The notes beneath the pieces were generated by a model that saw only the letters and a list, made by a program, of their open reading frames with translations, did no database searches and was not told the origin of the DNA. A DNA stretch of 61,752 bases, the filler included, from Trichosphaerium sp. ATCC 40318 (Eukaryota > Protista > Tubulinea): the NCBI GenBank assembly GCA_038496445.1. It is 3 parts of 3 records of this genome, joined end to end, with 100 filler letters (N's around TTAATTAATTAA, not from the genome) between each part and the next. Parts side by side here need not be neighbours in the genome. Positions count along the whole stretch, not along the records: positions 1 to 28,646 come from JALMLS010000570.1; 2 more parts are not named here. One strand, given 5' to 3'. Positions 13,228 to 26,331 of the stretch are shown one piece after another (the first letter of the stretch is position 1; the number at the start of each line of letters is the position of its first letter). The translations under genes were made by a program, and so were the position numbers.

Positions 13228-16200
13228 ATGCTGTTTTCACTGGTTTATAGTCTGTTAGTGATATTTGCGTATGTGTTGTTCTATACACAAGTACTAAGAA
13301 AGTTTAGGTGATTCCCAACAACCCGACAGTACTCACATCTAACAACATAGATGGAAGTAGAAACACATTTATTCAGTTGTTTTTACAGCATTGCTACACA
13401 AAATATCCAAAGAGGAGGAAGGAAATAGAACATAACTATGAGGAGCATCGCTGTGGAAAATATAGCCCTGATTTTAGTGTCCGTGAAATTCACAGCTATG
13501 TTAGAAGTGTTTGTGTTTCATTTCATGCATTTTCTAACTATAACAGCGGTTGCAAATGTGAAGGTGAGCATAATAACCTATTGCCATCTGTGCTTCTGAC
13601 ACATCCAGATTACAGAGTGTCGCATCAGTTGTGCATTTTTGGAGGGCAAGATATTGAAGCAAAAATATGCAACTGGCTGAATAAACGTCTTTCAGTTTCA
13701 AACAACTGTCGGACTTGCAGTGAGGGAGGGTTTAAGGCTGTTGAGGTATGTAACTTTATATTATTTTGAAAACACCCTAATTTGATAAAGAGTGTGACAT
13801 TACCGGCTTTGATTACAGGGTATCCAAATCGCAATGTTGTTCAGGACATGGCCAAATTACCTAAGACTTTAAACTCCATGGAAGGTATGTAAAGACAGTT
13901 AGCGTTTGCACTTACATAAGCAGAACTTGGGAGGCAGTACATTTTGATGTGGCAGCCTAAACCGCATCCACATTTCACTACATATGTGAAACAATGGAAC
14001 TTGGTGGTTTATTGATTGTATGACATGGAATCTAATCCTTGTACGCTATATTCAAAGCCTTTAACTAACACATTGAAAGGGAATGCCTCTAGGGCCCACA
14101 ATAATATGTGGAAAATACAGGTGGTTGTCTACAGAGGATCACAACACACTGTATCATGTAAAGAACCGTACAAATTGCGCCCAGAGAGGCAAGTAATACA
14201 AATTGACCTGATAAGTGAAAGTGACAGTTTCAGGTATGTAAATGTTGTTCCATTGCTTACTAACATCAAACAGTGACTATATCTTCAGTGACGCTGATAG
14301 TGACGCTGATAGTGACGGGAGTATTCAATCAGATGTGTCTGGCAATAGTGTTGCGTTGGCATTTACTTCCCAAAATCAAATGGAATTGCCACGGAATATA
14401 GAATCTTTTGGGCCAAATGCAGGTGTTCAAATTGTTCAAATATTGAACAAACAAACAGCGACAGAAGCAGAAAGAAACAAAAATGGCAATCACAAGTGGC
14501 TTCTTGAAGCAACAGTAAACACAAAAAAGGGTTCTCGTAGGTGTTTTGTGTGGGAATGCGTAGGTAAGTAATCTATTTTTTAAACCTCACATCTTGTTTT
14601 TCTGACCAACAATAGGTTTTAACAAAAAGTTATCTTGTAAGCTGTTAAAAAGACACCGCTCATTGGCAAACAAATTTCCAATATCTGAAACACCTATAGC
14701 TACAACTGTAAAAGGGCCAACTAAACTTCCAAGGCTTTTTGTACAACGTACACTGTTAAAACTGAGGCACCAAGTACAAAGGCCAACAAAAGAAGGTTCA
14801 AGACAGAAGGATTACTGTTGATGATACGTTGTCTTAACTTCTGTCACAGAAACACCTTCTACAAGCTCATCAACCACTGCTTCACAGCCAACTGTTGCAC
14901 CAACAACGGATGCTCCAACTATCTGCACACAACAACAGATGCACCTAACTGGTACTTGCTTGATATTTTTTAGCTTTCTTTCTAACTGTGATAGATGCCA
15001 ACTACACCTACAACTGCAGCCCCTACCACAGCCACACCAACAACTGATGCTCCTACTGCAAGTGCTCCAACAATAGAACCGCTAACAACAGCTTCAACTA
15101 CAGATGCTCCTATCACCAAAACCCAGCTCCAACCACCAATGTACCTACGACTGAAGCTCCAACAACAAAAGCACCAACCACAAGGGCCCCTATAACTGAT
15201 GCTCCTACCACTGTGCCACCTACTACAGACACACCAACGACTGAGACAATAAACTATAGATGCTCCAACCACTGATGCACTGACAGCAGAGGCTACAGCG
15301 AATGCGCCAACTACTGGCACTCCAACAACCAAGGGCCAACAAAAACTGCACCAACCACAGTAACACCTACTACAGATGCACCAACCACCGAAGCCCCAAC
15401 GACTGAGGCTCCTACAACTGTAGCGCCTACTACGGAGGCACCAACAACAGAGGTTCCAACCACTGTAGCGCCTACTACAGAGGCACCAACACCTGAAGCA
15501 TCAACTACAGAGGCTCCTACCACTGTAGCGCCTACTACAGATGCACCTACCACCGAAGCGCCAATGACAGAAGCACCAACAACTGAAGCTCCAACTACAT
15601 TGGCGCCTACTACTGAAGCACCAACAACTGAAGTGCCAACAACAGAAGCACCACCTACAGATGCGCCTACTACTGCGCCAACGACAGAAGCACCAACAAC
15701 TGAGGCTCCTACAACTGGTGCTCGATCGATATAATTTTTACCTTTCTCCTAACAGTGATAGTAGCACCAACTACAGATGCACCTACAACTGCTGCGCCTA
15801 CAACAGATGCTCCAACAACTGAAGCACCAACAACAGAGGTGCCAACAACTGAGGCTCCTAATACAGAGGCACCTACTACGGAACCTCCAACTACCGAGGC
15901 ACCAACAACACAGCATCCAACTACAATGCCACCAATGACATCTCTACCATACAGAAGCGCCAACTACTGTGGCGCCTACCACAGAGACACTGAGGCTCCA
16001 ACTACAGAAGCACCAACTACTGAGGCACCTACCTCTGAAGCTCCTACAACTGTAGCCCCTACTACGGAGGCTCCAACTACAGGCGCTCCTACAACCGAAG
16101 CTCCTACCACAGAGGCGCCTACAACTGAGGCACCAACAACGGATGCACCAACAACCAAAGCCCCAACGACTGAAGCTCCAACTACTGCTGCTCCTACCAC

Positions 16201-18110
16201 GGATGCATCTACAACCGAAGCTCCAACGACAGAAGCACCAACTACAGAGGTTCCAACAACATTGGCGCCAACTACTGAGGCGCCAACATTGGCGCCAACG
16301 ACAGAGGCACCAATAACTGATGCACCAACAACTGAAGCACCTACAACTGTAGCGCCTACCACTGAAGCTCCTACAACTGTAGCACCTACTACATTGGCGC
16401 CTACTACGGAGGTTCCCACGACTGAGGCGCAAACTACAGTAGCTCCTACGACTGAAGCTCCAACCACAGATGCACCTACAACTGAGGCACCAACAACTGA
16501 GGCTCCAACCACTGTAGCGCCTACTACAGATGCACCAACGACTGATGCACCAATGACATGCTCCAATAACAGAAGCCCCAACAACTGAAGCTCCAACAAC
16601 AGAAGCACCAACGACTGAGGCTCCAACTATAGAAGCACCTACAACTGTAGCACCAACAAGTGGTACTTTGTATCTTACTTTCTAAAGCAACTAACTTTCT
16701 TTGTAGATGCTCCTACAACTGAAGCGCCTATGACAGAACCACCAACAACGGAGGCACCAACTATAGAAGCACAACAACTAAAGCTCCAACCACTGAAGCT
16801 CCAACTACATAGGCTCCAACAACGGAGGCTCCAACTACAGAAGCGCCAACTACTGAGGCACCAATAACTGAAGCACCAACAACTGTAGCACCTACTACAG
16901 CAGCTCCAACAACAGAAGCCCCAACAGCTGTTGCGCCAACAACCGAAGCACCAACTACTGAAGCCCCTACTACAGAATCGCCTACAACTGATGCACCAAC
17001 AACAGAGTCACCAACTACAGCTACTCCTACAACAGCAGCACCAACAACTGAAGCTCCTACCACTGCAACCCCTACAACTGTAGCTCCTACAACTGACGCA
17101 CCAACTACAGAGGCTCCTACAACTAACGCTGCAACTATGGAAGCACCAACAACTGATACTCCAACTATTGAAGCACCTACAACTGTAGCGCCAACAAGTG
17201 GTACTTTGTACTTTACTTTCTAAAGCAACTAACTTTCTTTGTAGATGCACCAACTACAGAATCGCCTACAACTGAGGCTCCAACCACAGAGGTTCCTACA
17301 ACTGCTGTGCCAACAACAGAGGCACCGAACACAGAGGCTCCAACAACTGAAGCTCCTACAAGTGAGCACCAACTATAGTAGCTCTTACAACGGAAGCCTC
17401 AACTGCAATGGTACTTGAGTGATTAATTGGACATTACTATCTTTTTCAACTTAACAGTATTAGAACCAACAACCGAAGCTCCAACAACAGATGTGCCAAC
17501 CACAGTAACACCAATTACAGATGCTCCTACAACTGAAGCTCCTACTAAATCTCCAACTACAAAGGCTCAATAAATGGTACTTCCTACTTTACTTTCTAGA
17601 ACTAACTTTATTTACGGAGGCAACTACAATAGTACCTTCAAGTGCTTCATCAACTGCTGAGCTACCTTGTGCAGATGCATCTACAACTGATGCTTGGCTT
17701 CAACTAAATAAACTACACCAAAGACGCCTACTGCATCCAAAGAAGCTGCTTTTACAAGGCACTATTTTTATGGCTACTAAAAAAGCAATTTTGACACGCT
17801 AATTAAGATGATGCCGAAGATGGGTGTATTTATGTATTGTTTTAAGTGTAATTGTATATTTACATACTCGTTGGAGCCCTTTGTACATGGGCACCCAATA
17901 TGGAAAGTGTGTTGGACGTAGTGTAACATTGTCCGAAAATAAAATATGGTTTCTATGAACACGAAAAAAACGCTGCGGATGCTGCTCAAATTTGTTTAAG
18001 ATTGTGTACGAAAATAGGAGCGCTATGGACCAGTTAACATAGTCGCCTGGGTGTGGAGAGCAGGTTTAGACAAGTTTTAGACCAATTACTAAGACTGGCG
18101 ACTATTCAGC
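13228..18110 (+). CDS. Large secreted mucin-like protein with (E/D/V)APTT repeats; frameshifts and a stop within the array (pseudogene or assembly error)
   Basis: Signal-like N-terminus, Cys-containing exons, then well over 100 15-nt PTT(E/D/V)A units split by short introns; frame changes near 15140, 15940 and 16555; TAG in place of GAG near 16810. Confidence 0.65.
14870..17570 (+). repeat. Coding minisatellite, 15-nt unit (CCNACNACNGARGCN)
   Basis: Directly visible tandem units encoding PTTEA/PTTDA/PTTVA. Confidence 0.95.
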
Positions 18111-18458
18111 GCATGGAGATATAGTATGCATCTTGAGTTGGGCTAAAAGGCTAACTAATAACGCCATCAAGTTGAGATTTAAAGAACATGACGTTAAAAA
18201 ATTGACACCTAAAAGAAGTTGAGTATTTTCATCACTTTTTGGCGCTACACTATTTCTTTCTTTGTTCCGCTGTGATCTTACAAAGTTTGGGTACAAGAGG
18301 TTTGAGTACGGACAGCAACAACCAAGTCACGCGATTGATCGTAAAAATCCTTCGAAACGGTTCACAAACTAATAAAAAGCTCACGTGCCCAAAACTACTT
18401 TTTCAGTCTGGAAAAAAGAACAAAGACAAAATGAAGGTGACTTGGGTTTATTGTTAAC

Positions 18459-18854
18459 TCATTTTCTGCATTCCATATCTGCGCACGTAGCATAAGATAG
18501 GAGGCAATCGTAAAGTCCATTTCCATGATCACTACACTTTTTGAATGCTGTAGTGCAAAACTCTAAGCAAGGATCTTTTTCAGTGCGATGTACCCACATT
18601 TCAGGAGGACAGTGGGTTACACAATCTTCATAGGTATCTTTGCATTGACTTATTTCGGTAGTTGGTGCTAGCTGGTTACAATTATCTAGCGCTTGAGCAC
18701 AGTCTTTAGAACATTGTCTACTTGGTTCAACTTTTTGTTGACACTATAGAAAGTAAGCAAAACAGAATTGTGTTGTAATCTCTCTCTTGGTAAATCGTAC
18801 GGAACAGAGTAAAGCAAGAGCAAGAAGGGATAGTAGTAGCGAGAAGAGGTGCAT
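18459..18854 (-). CDS. Small secreted Cys-rich protein (112 aa, 2 exons), absent from the ORF track
   Basis: Exon 1 18854-18801 MHLFSLLLSLLALALLCS; GTACG...ATAG intron 18800-18744; exon 2 open for 95 codons to TGA, with two C-x3-C-x6-C-x9/11-C-x6-C-x3/4-C units. Confidence 0.85.
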
Positions 18855-20268
18855 TTGTTGTAAAATGATTGTTTTTATGAAGCTTCAAAAATAGAGTCAA
18901 GAATGTGAAACAGTTACCGTGAAAATACGTCTCGAGAACTTCCATCTTGAATGCACAGTCATTGTTTAGTTTTGTTTGTGTTGTCAGGTTTAATGGTTCC
19001 ACATAAAAGGTATCAAAACGAGATGGTAACCACTAAAATGGGGTAACTAAAAACATCATACGACAACCGGCATTTACCACAAATACGAACGAAATTGTGG
19101 ATTCTTTGACAAGCAATTTAGAGTATAGGACAGCGACGCAAGATGATATAGAGTGCTATTAGCTTTCGGTCGGGACTACCCGACATACACGAAAAATCAC
19201 GTAGACACAAAAGATCACGTGATCATAAAACGACGTCAATATCTTAAAACGTATTTACACGTGTGATTTTTTTTGTTGTCTTTTTATGCTTCCTCACTCA
19301 TAAACACAGCTAGCCTAAAGAAAAGTGAACTGCTAAAGAAAGTGGGGTTTGTATGCATCAACCAAAGACAGAATTTCAGAAAAAGCTATTCTGTATGTCG
19401 TCAATTTAGCTAATTTGTTAAATAGTTTTTTATGCTTACAAACTCCCCAAAACACGCCAATTCCAACAATCCTAACGTGACGCACGTAAAAGCAATGGAC
19501 AAAAACAAAAACTAGTATCATTACTACAGAAGTTCGGAAGAATTGCAACTGTTTAGAGATCACCAAGGTACGAAAAAAAGTTGCTTATACTATACTATAG
19601 CAAGTACACGTACATAATTTCTAAGAACTTGTAACGTTTGCAAACTGTGAATTATAACCTTTTCACAGACAAATATAAACATAAAAAACCAACTTCTTGT
19701 TCTTCTATTTTTGCCTTTCTTTTTTGGGTTGAAGTAACAATTCACTACGTAAAAAATCTGGTTGGCTGTAAGCTACAGTATACTGTAGGGCAAATGAATT
19801 TAATGGAATTTGACTACAAACCTGAGACATTCCACAGGAGGAGTCGCTGCGTATCAAGCAGAATAGAGTTCTTCTACCTAAAACACTCACTCAAGCTGCA
19901 TGAGCTATAATTTTTGTCCCTGTAGCGGAAGTTCTCTTTACCGCAGTAGATATTAAATATTGCAATAACATGTGGGCACCTGCTAGTGATGATATGCTTG
20001 TATATCAATAAAAACGAGTAATGAAACGTTCCAATTTTCTTCAGAACGAAATATGAGCTCTCAACCTTTTTGGTGCCACATCCTTAACAGCAATCAAGGA
20101 TGCCCTTGGCATCCCACTAGCACATGACAGTAATTGTGTGTAAAGAAATGTATTGAAATTAAAGTAAAGGTGTTAGAGCTAACTGGTCTTCATAAAATTA
20201 ATTGTTCATGTACATGAGTAACAGATGATGGCGTGAAAGCCTTGGCTGTTGCTCATACAATTGGTAGT

Positions 20269-21219
20269 TTAAAAGATTACAATCCTACCAAGAGGCTTGA
20301 TTTTCTTAGGTGTAAGTTGGAAACAAAGGCGTAAATCAATTAAATGAACTCCAGCCAATACTTCTATGCCTTCATCTGTGATGTGCTTATTACCACATAA
20401 AGCAATGGTGTGAACACCAGCCAACGCTTTAATACCTTCATCAGTTATACCTTTACAATGATCTAACACTATTTTATGAACACCAGCCAAAGCCTTAATA
20501 CCTTCATCTGTAATATATTGGCAACGGCTTAAATCAATTGTATGAATGCCAGCCAATGCTTTCACACCATCATCTGTAACTGCAGTGTATGAAATGTCAA
20601 TTGTATGAACACCAGCCAAAGCCTTAATACCTTCATCTGTTATATATTTACAATGGGTTAAATCAATTGTATGAACGCCAGCCAATGCTTTCACACCATC
20701 ATCTGTAACTGCAGTGTATGAAATGTCAATTGTATGAACACCAGCTAATGCTTTAACACCTTCATCTGTAATTAGTGAACACCAACTACAACCAATTTTA
20801 TGTATCCCTGCGAGTTGTTTAACGTGATTGTCAGTCACCATTCCGTAATACTTAAAGGTTATACCAACAAGGACTTAAAAGTTTGTAAAATCAACACTCT
20901 TGCTAACTTTGTACAGTTCTAATGCATAAGCGCCTTGAAGGTACTTTAAATCATCTGTTTTTCTGATTTTGAAATGAATAGAAATTGTCTTTGTCTTTAT
21001 CAGGAATGGAGCTTCCTGAAACAGCTTTTTAAGCTTCTTTTTTGTCTTTATCACAATGTCTCCTCCCCCTTTTTTGTATCCCAAGTGCTGTGTAGCGATA
21101 TTGGATAATAATCGAGAAGTATGTACAACCGAGTGCATAGATAACTCGGGAACAAACTGTAGAATAAGAACAATAATCTCAATGGGAATCTCGTTAAAGA
21201 ATGCGGTGTTTGACTCCAT
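20269..21219 (-). pseudogene. F-box + LRR protein (21-22 aa LAGVHTIDL repeats) with one in-frame TAA
   Basis: ORFs 20875-21219 and 20269-20841 are in the same frame, separated by TAA (20875-20877) and 11 sense codons; F-box-like EIPIEIIVLILQFV...VVHTSRLLSNI; about 9 LRRs. Confidence 0.8.
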
Positions 21220-21564
21220 TTTATTACGTTGTTGTTATGTACGCTTTAGAGGATGTAATGATAGATTGCTAGGAATATCACGGTAATGCGTTTCCACGTG
21301 TTTTCAAATATGACCGACGTTGACATTAAACTCTTTCCGGTAGTAAGTTGAAAAATTATGGATGATAGTAAATTTTTTTAAACAGCCCAGAAACCTCGCA
21401 ATCCACTCTTGCACGTGCATTCAACCCATTCCGATTCCATAAAGGGTCATATAAAAACGCGAGCATCTCAGTAAAAAAACAAAAATTACAAAAAAGAGAA
21501 AAAGAGCAACTTCAACACGTGGAACAACTAAAAACGAAAACTAAGCAACAAACAAAAATATCTC

Positions 21565-22450
21565 TAGCGCTGAATAGTCGCCAGTCTTAGTAATTGGTCT
21601 AAAACTTGTCTGAACCTGCTCTCCACACCCAGGCGACTATATTAACTGGTCCATAGCGCTCCTATTATTTGAGCACTCGCAGCATTTTTTTTGTGTTCAC
21701 AGAACAGAGTTTATTTTCGGACAATGTTACACGCCCAACACTTTCCATATTGGGTACCCATGTACAAAGGACTCTCCAACGAGTATGTAATACACAATTA
21801 CACTTAAAACAATACGTAAATGTTCCATTTGTTGCCTTGTAGTTGGAGATTTAGTAGGGGCCTCAGTGGTTGGAGCATCTGTAGTTGGTGGCCCAGTCGT
21901 TGGTGCGTCTGTAGTAGGTGCTACAGTGGTAGTTGTAGGAGGCTCTGTAGTTGGTGCTGTAGTTGTTGGAGCTTCGGTGGTTGGAGCATCTGCAGTCGGT
22001 GCCTCTGTCGTTGGTGGTTGGTACATCTGTAGTTGGCGGTTCTGTTGTTCTTGGGGTAGCTGTTGTAGGTACTTCAGTGGTTGGAGCTTCAGTACAGTCG
22101 TAGGGCTTTGGTTGGAGAAGCTCTAGTTGGTGCTTCAGTAGTAGGCGGTAGAGTGGTAGGTGCGTCTGTTGTTGGAGACTCTGTACATTTGTTGTTGGCG
22201 GTTCTGTTGTTGTTGGGTAGCTGTTGTAGGTTCTTCAGTTGTTGGTGCTTCAGTTGTTGGAGTAGCTATTGTACAAATCAAGTAAGTTCCCATCGAAAGT
22301 AAATGACAAAGTACCAGTTGTAGGTGCTGATGATACGATGTGATTACTGTGATGTATGGTACCACTTTGAATGCCTTGATTGGGACAATAAGACATGGAA
22401 GAGAAAAAGTAAGGCCAAAGAATGGTTCTGTGATTTGTGTCAAAAACTTT
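21565..22450 (-). pseudogene. Degenerate, shortened mucin-like paralog (PTT repeats plus 3' domain shared with 17830-18110)
   Basis: PTTEA repeats with frameshifts; 21565-21830 is an inverted copy of 17830-18110. Confidence 0.7.
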
Positions 22451-23641
22451 ATACAAAAGTTTTAGAAGGACGTGCTCACTGACCCCAGAAATGTTAGAAA
22501 ACAAGAAAAAAAACATTCTTACAAAGATATTGTAGTACATTGGGCCTCAAACGCAGCAAGGAAAGACGGATATTGATTGACAGACTCACAAATGCAACAA
22601 ATCCAGAGTTTACAAAATATTGACACGCAATTGCAACATTTTTGGGTGCTCCACGTCGTGATAACCTATTCTACATGACTTCTCTCACCATATATTTTCA
22701 GCTATTGAAAAGGATAAATCAGCTGTGTTGGTCAAACACATCACCCTGCAGAGCTAAAAGTGATGCATGCCAAATGACTTGCTAAAACTGACTTTAACGT
22801 GCACACATACAATTTGTGACTATGTTCTTCAAAAGATGCTTTGAGCTATTCAATGCTCCATAATTTTTTGGGTTAATATCTGTAAAGAGATTAAAAACGG
22901 TTTAGTTAGATAGTAGCCATGGTTATGGAAGAATTTTTACGTTTGAACATATATTGTAGTGACAAGTCATTTGATGCTTTCATCTGTACGGTCAACACAA
23001 CATGAACGTTCAAGTTATGAACTCCAGCAAATTTGTTTAACAACACTCATTTGAAAACACTATCAGAACAAATCTCATTTTTGTTTGCTTATGAGCACTG
23101 GCATGTCTTAAAGTGACGTTGCTTGTGAGACTGTTGAAATCAGAACTGTTATTTCATGTCATGTTTAAGCAAGCTTAAAGCCTCAGTTCTGTCACAAGGA
23201 CAACCTTGAAGATTAACCAAGTCTGCAAGTATCAAACTGTACCTGCAGATATGTATATTCTTGGTTTTCTCCACAAACTTGCTTACGACGGACAACGTGA
23301 GTTACGTGTTGTTTATTGTGAAATCCACAATTTTTTAATATGTGCAAATGTTGACTTTTTTGACTCGAGTACTACTATGGGTGATCATACCTTGACTGTA
23401 TTGACTACGTCTACGAGCATGCAGACTTTACAGGTTTCCCTTGTGAGCAGGTTTCATCAACCAGGTACGTAACGCGAACTTGGATTAAAAACAATCACGT
23501 GTACACAAATTAAATCGCGCCGAATCTTTGTAGATAGTCAACACAAACTTAACAAAGCACAAACGGCAAGAGTAGCGTCAGAGGTGTCGAAAATCTAGTT
23601 TACAGCAACTAAAGACAGTTTTTAATCCGAAAGGCGTTAAA

Positions 23642-25876
23642 ATGGATAAATTACCTCCAGAAGTACTTCAGCAGGTATACAACGCTAGTTTGTACAGATT
23701 TATAAACTTGTAAAGGTGTTTAAAGGCATTGAACCACATATTCTTATATCAAGTTGCTCAGTACGTTTTTCTACCACTATACCTTTAAGCTAGAGCATTA
23801 AATAATCACGTGTTTAACTGACAAAAGGTCTGCAAAGAGTGGAACACGCTTATTTCATCTCCATCGACGTGGAAAAAACGGCTAGTAACGTATCACTGTC
23901 TTTCTTTCGAAAAAGGTAAGCGATCAAACAAAGTACGACAACATTAATTTTGTTGTTCCAGTGTCTGCAACGTTAAAGGCTCAAAATGTTTCTTGGGGTA
24001 CCCTTCTTCGTATACTCAAAAGACCTACCCAAGAACTGTTAACTAGATATAAAGAAATATCTAAGGTACTACTTAGTTACTCTCACGTGGGAACTCTATT
24101 AATAGAAAATACCATTAGATACTTTATCATGGTATTAGGGAAAATGAAAATATTGTTTTTCGTGAAGGTTCAATTGACAACATTATTGATAGCCTGGAAG
24201 GGTTGAATATAGATGGTTTGGTATACTTAATATCACATCCAATCAAATTCCCTCAAATAAATGATGTGGAGTCAATGCACTTGAACGTGGAAGAGTTTGA
24301 TACATCAAGTAAGTTTTTATAATTTTTTATTGATGCTAACTGTACAAAAGGTGACTTCTTACCTCTCTTGACTGTATGTTTATTCAAGCTCCCTGGGTTT
24401 TCTACCGACCTATTTTCCGAGTTATCAAAGGTGTACACTTGGGATCCTAAAAGTATATCTGCACACCGGTAAAAACTTGTTTTTTTTTTCTTCTAGCCAC
24501 TGATCTTTCTTCAAGTATTATCCAATTCCTTTGTTACTTGATTTCCAACGCCCCAATTGTTCGTTCCTTAGTAACAAAAGAGCATGAATGGGTTCCAGAA
24601 TTTCTAGAGTTCCTAGAGCGTATGAGTTATGACGATCAATTAAAGATAAAAAATACTTTATCAGCAAGGTTGAAACACAGTGTAAGTAACAAACACATTC
24701 TCACCTGTTTATATGATACTCACCTATTTGAAGAAATCACTTACTGTATTCTGTGATCGTGGAGGTATAATATGTAAGCCATTCAAACGTGTTGTGAAGC
24801 GAAAGAAGTTCAAAAATGAAGTTGAGATGTGGGCAATACCTACAATTGAGGTTGCCAGGGAGTTAACACTCGTTAGTCATGAGATGTACGTCCCATTATA
24901 CACTTTAACAGCCTATCATTGATATATTGTATAGTGCACGTAGTATTAATGTTAGTGCATTATTATCACACACAGGACGTGTTGCTGGGTTTCTTAAAGC
25001 ATTATTACAACAGTACAATAATGTGCGCTTTTGTATCAATTATGTGCACTTGATTATTTTTACTGTTAATGGCTACTAACTTGTTTCTTATGAAAATAGC
25101 TTTGTGACTTTGTAGTTGAGGCCATACTATTGGGAGACAACATTAAAGTCAGAGTATCACGCACTGTGTACTTTATTAATCTTGCTGAAGAATTAGTTTC
25201 CATGGGCAACTTCTTTGGTGCTTTTGCAATAATATCAGGCTTGGAACACGGTTCTATATGTAGACTATGGCAAACATTCAATGTAGTAAGTGTTAACTTT
25301 TCTTTAGACATACTGTACACGTGAAAATTGTGCATGACTTAAATTGTAAACTATTAACTTAAACGTGCTAAGGTAAACAGGAAGAAAAAAATTAAAAAAC
25401 GATTTGATGAACTAATAGCTATATTGTCACCATCCTCGGCATATAAAAAGGTCAGGATACTCACAAGGTAATACGATTTACAATTGTTATTTGATTTATA
25501 TACCCTACCAATCGTGTATTTTTGATTTGAATTAAAAGTTAAAGGCTTTAATTGTTGACTTATTATTTATAGGACGAGGACCAGAGATGGTCTCCCACAA
25601 GTTCCATACATTGGTATGACGCTTACAGATATTATGTTTGTATCTGACGGTGCAAATCCTGACTTTATACGAGGAGCAACAAGTAAAACATGCTACAATG
25701 TTGTAAAGGTGAAACTTTACTACAAAGAAATTGGTGCGTTCTACAAAGCACTTGTTCCATCATACCCTTTTCAAACAATTCCATGCATACGCAATATTAT
25801 AAGTTCTTGGAAGTCAACTATGAGCACAGAAGAAATGTTTGCATTGTCGTTAAAACGAGAACCTAGAAAACAATAA
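23642..25876 (+). CDS. F-box + RasGEF (CDC25-type) protein, multi-exon
   Basis: MDKLPPEVLQQVF...VCKEWNTLISSPSTWK (F-box); IEVARELTLVSHE, YFINLAEELVSMGNFFGAFAIISGL, PQVPYIGMTLTDIMFVSDGANPD and EEMFALSLKREPR are RasGEF catalytic-domain motifs. Confidence 0.88.
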
Positions 25877-26331
25877 CATTCTTCACTTTCAATTACTGAT
25901 GTTAACTTGGTATTGGCTGTGCAAAGCTTTTGAAAGATGTTGTATAACTTGTTCTTTTTAATAAAACGTGTCATCTACATGGTGTTGTATTACCCACTAA
26001 CATTTTTGTCCAAACAATTGGCAAAGTTGGCACTAAGAAAGTGTTTTGTCCTGTTTGTGTTTTTTCTTAATGATTGACCACAGTTCTCATATTAGGATCA
26101 ATGGTTCTCTTTGAAACAAAATGATAAAGGGTTGTGCCTCACTGTTCAACATCTAAAGCGCCAGTACACTAGCCGAACAGTGATCTTTGTGACCAACAAA
26201 AGACAAGTGTTGACTACAATGTAAAGAAATGAAAACAAATTACAGCAGGAACTAAACGTTTATCATCTACCAAGCCATGTATGTTTTGTGGTGTTTAATA
26301 CCCTTTTGAACTAATACATTGTGTTTTACAG

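Larger units (their letters stand above)
10628..15048. repeat. Right arm of large inverted duplication
   Basis: Reverse complement of 1-4411; near-identical over 12190-15048, more diverged inward. Confidence 0.97.

Noticed and set aside
14982-17063. Long minus-strand ORFs of VVGAS repeats
   Set aside because: Antisense shadow of the PTTEA mucin repeats; splice sites and the signal peptide are on the plus strand.
14870-17570. CRISPR-like array
   Set aside because: Contiguous 15-nt coding units with third-position variation, no unique spacers, no cas genes, and a eukaryotic context.
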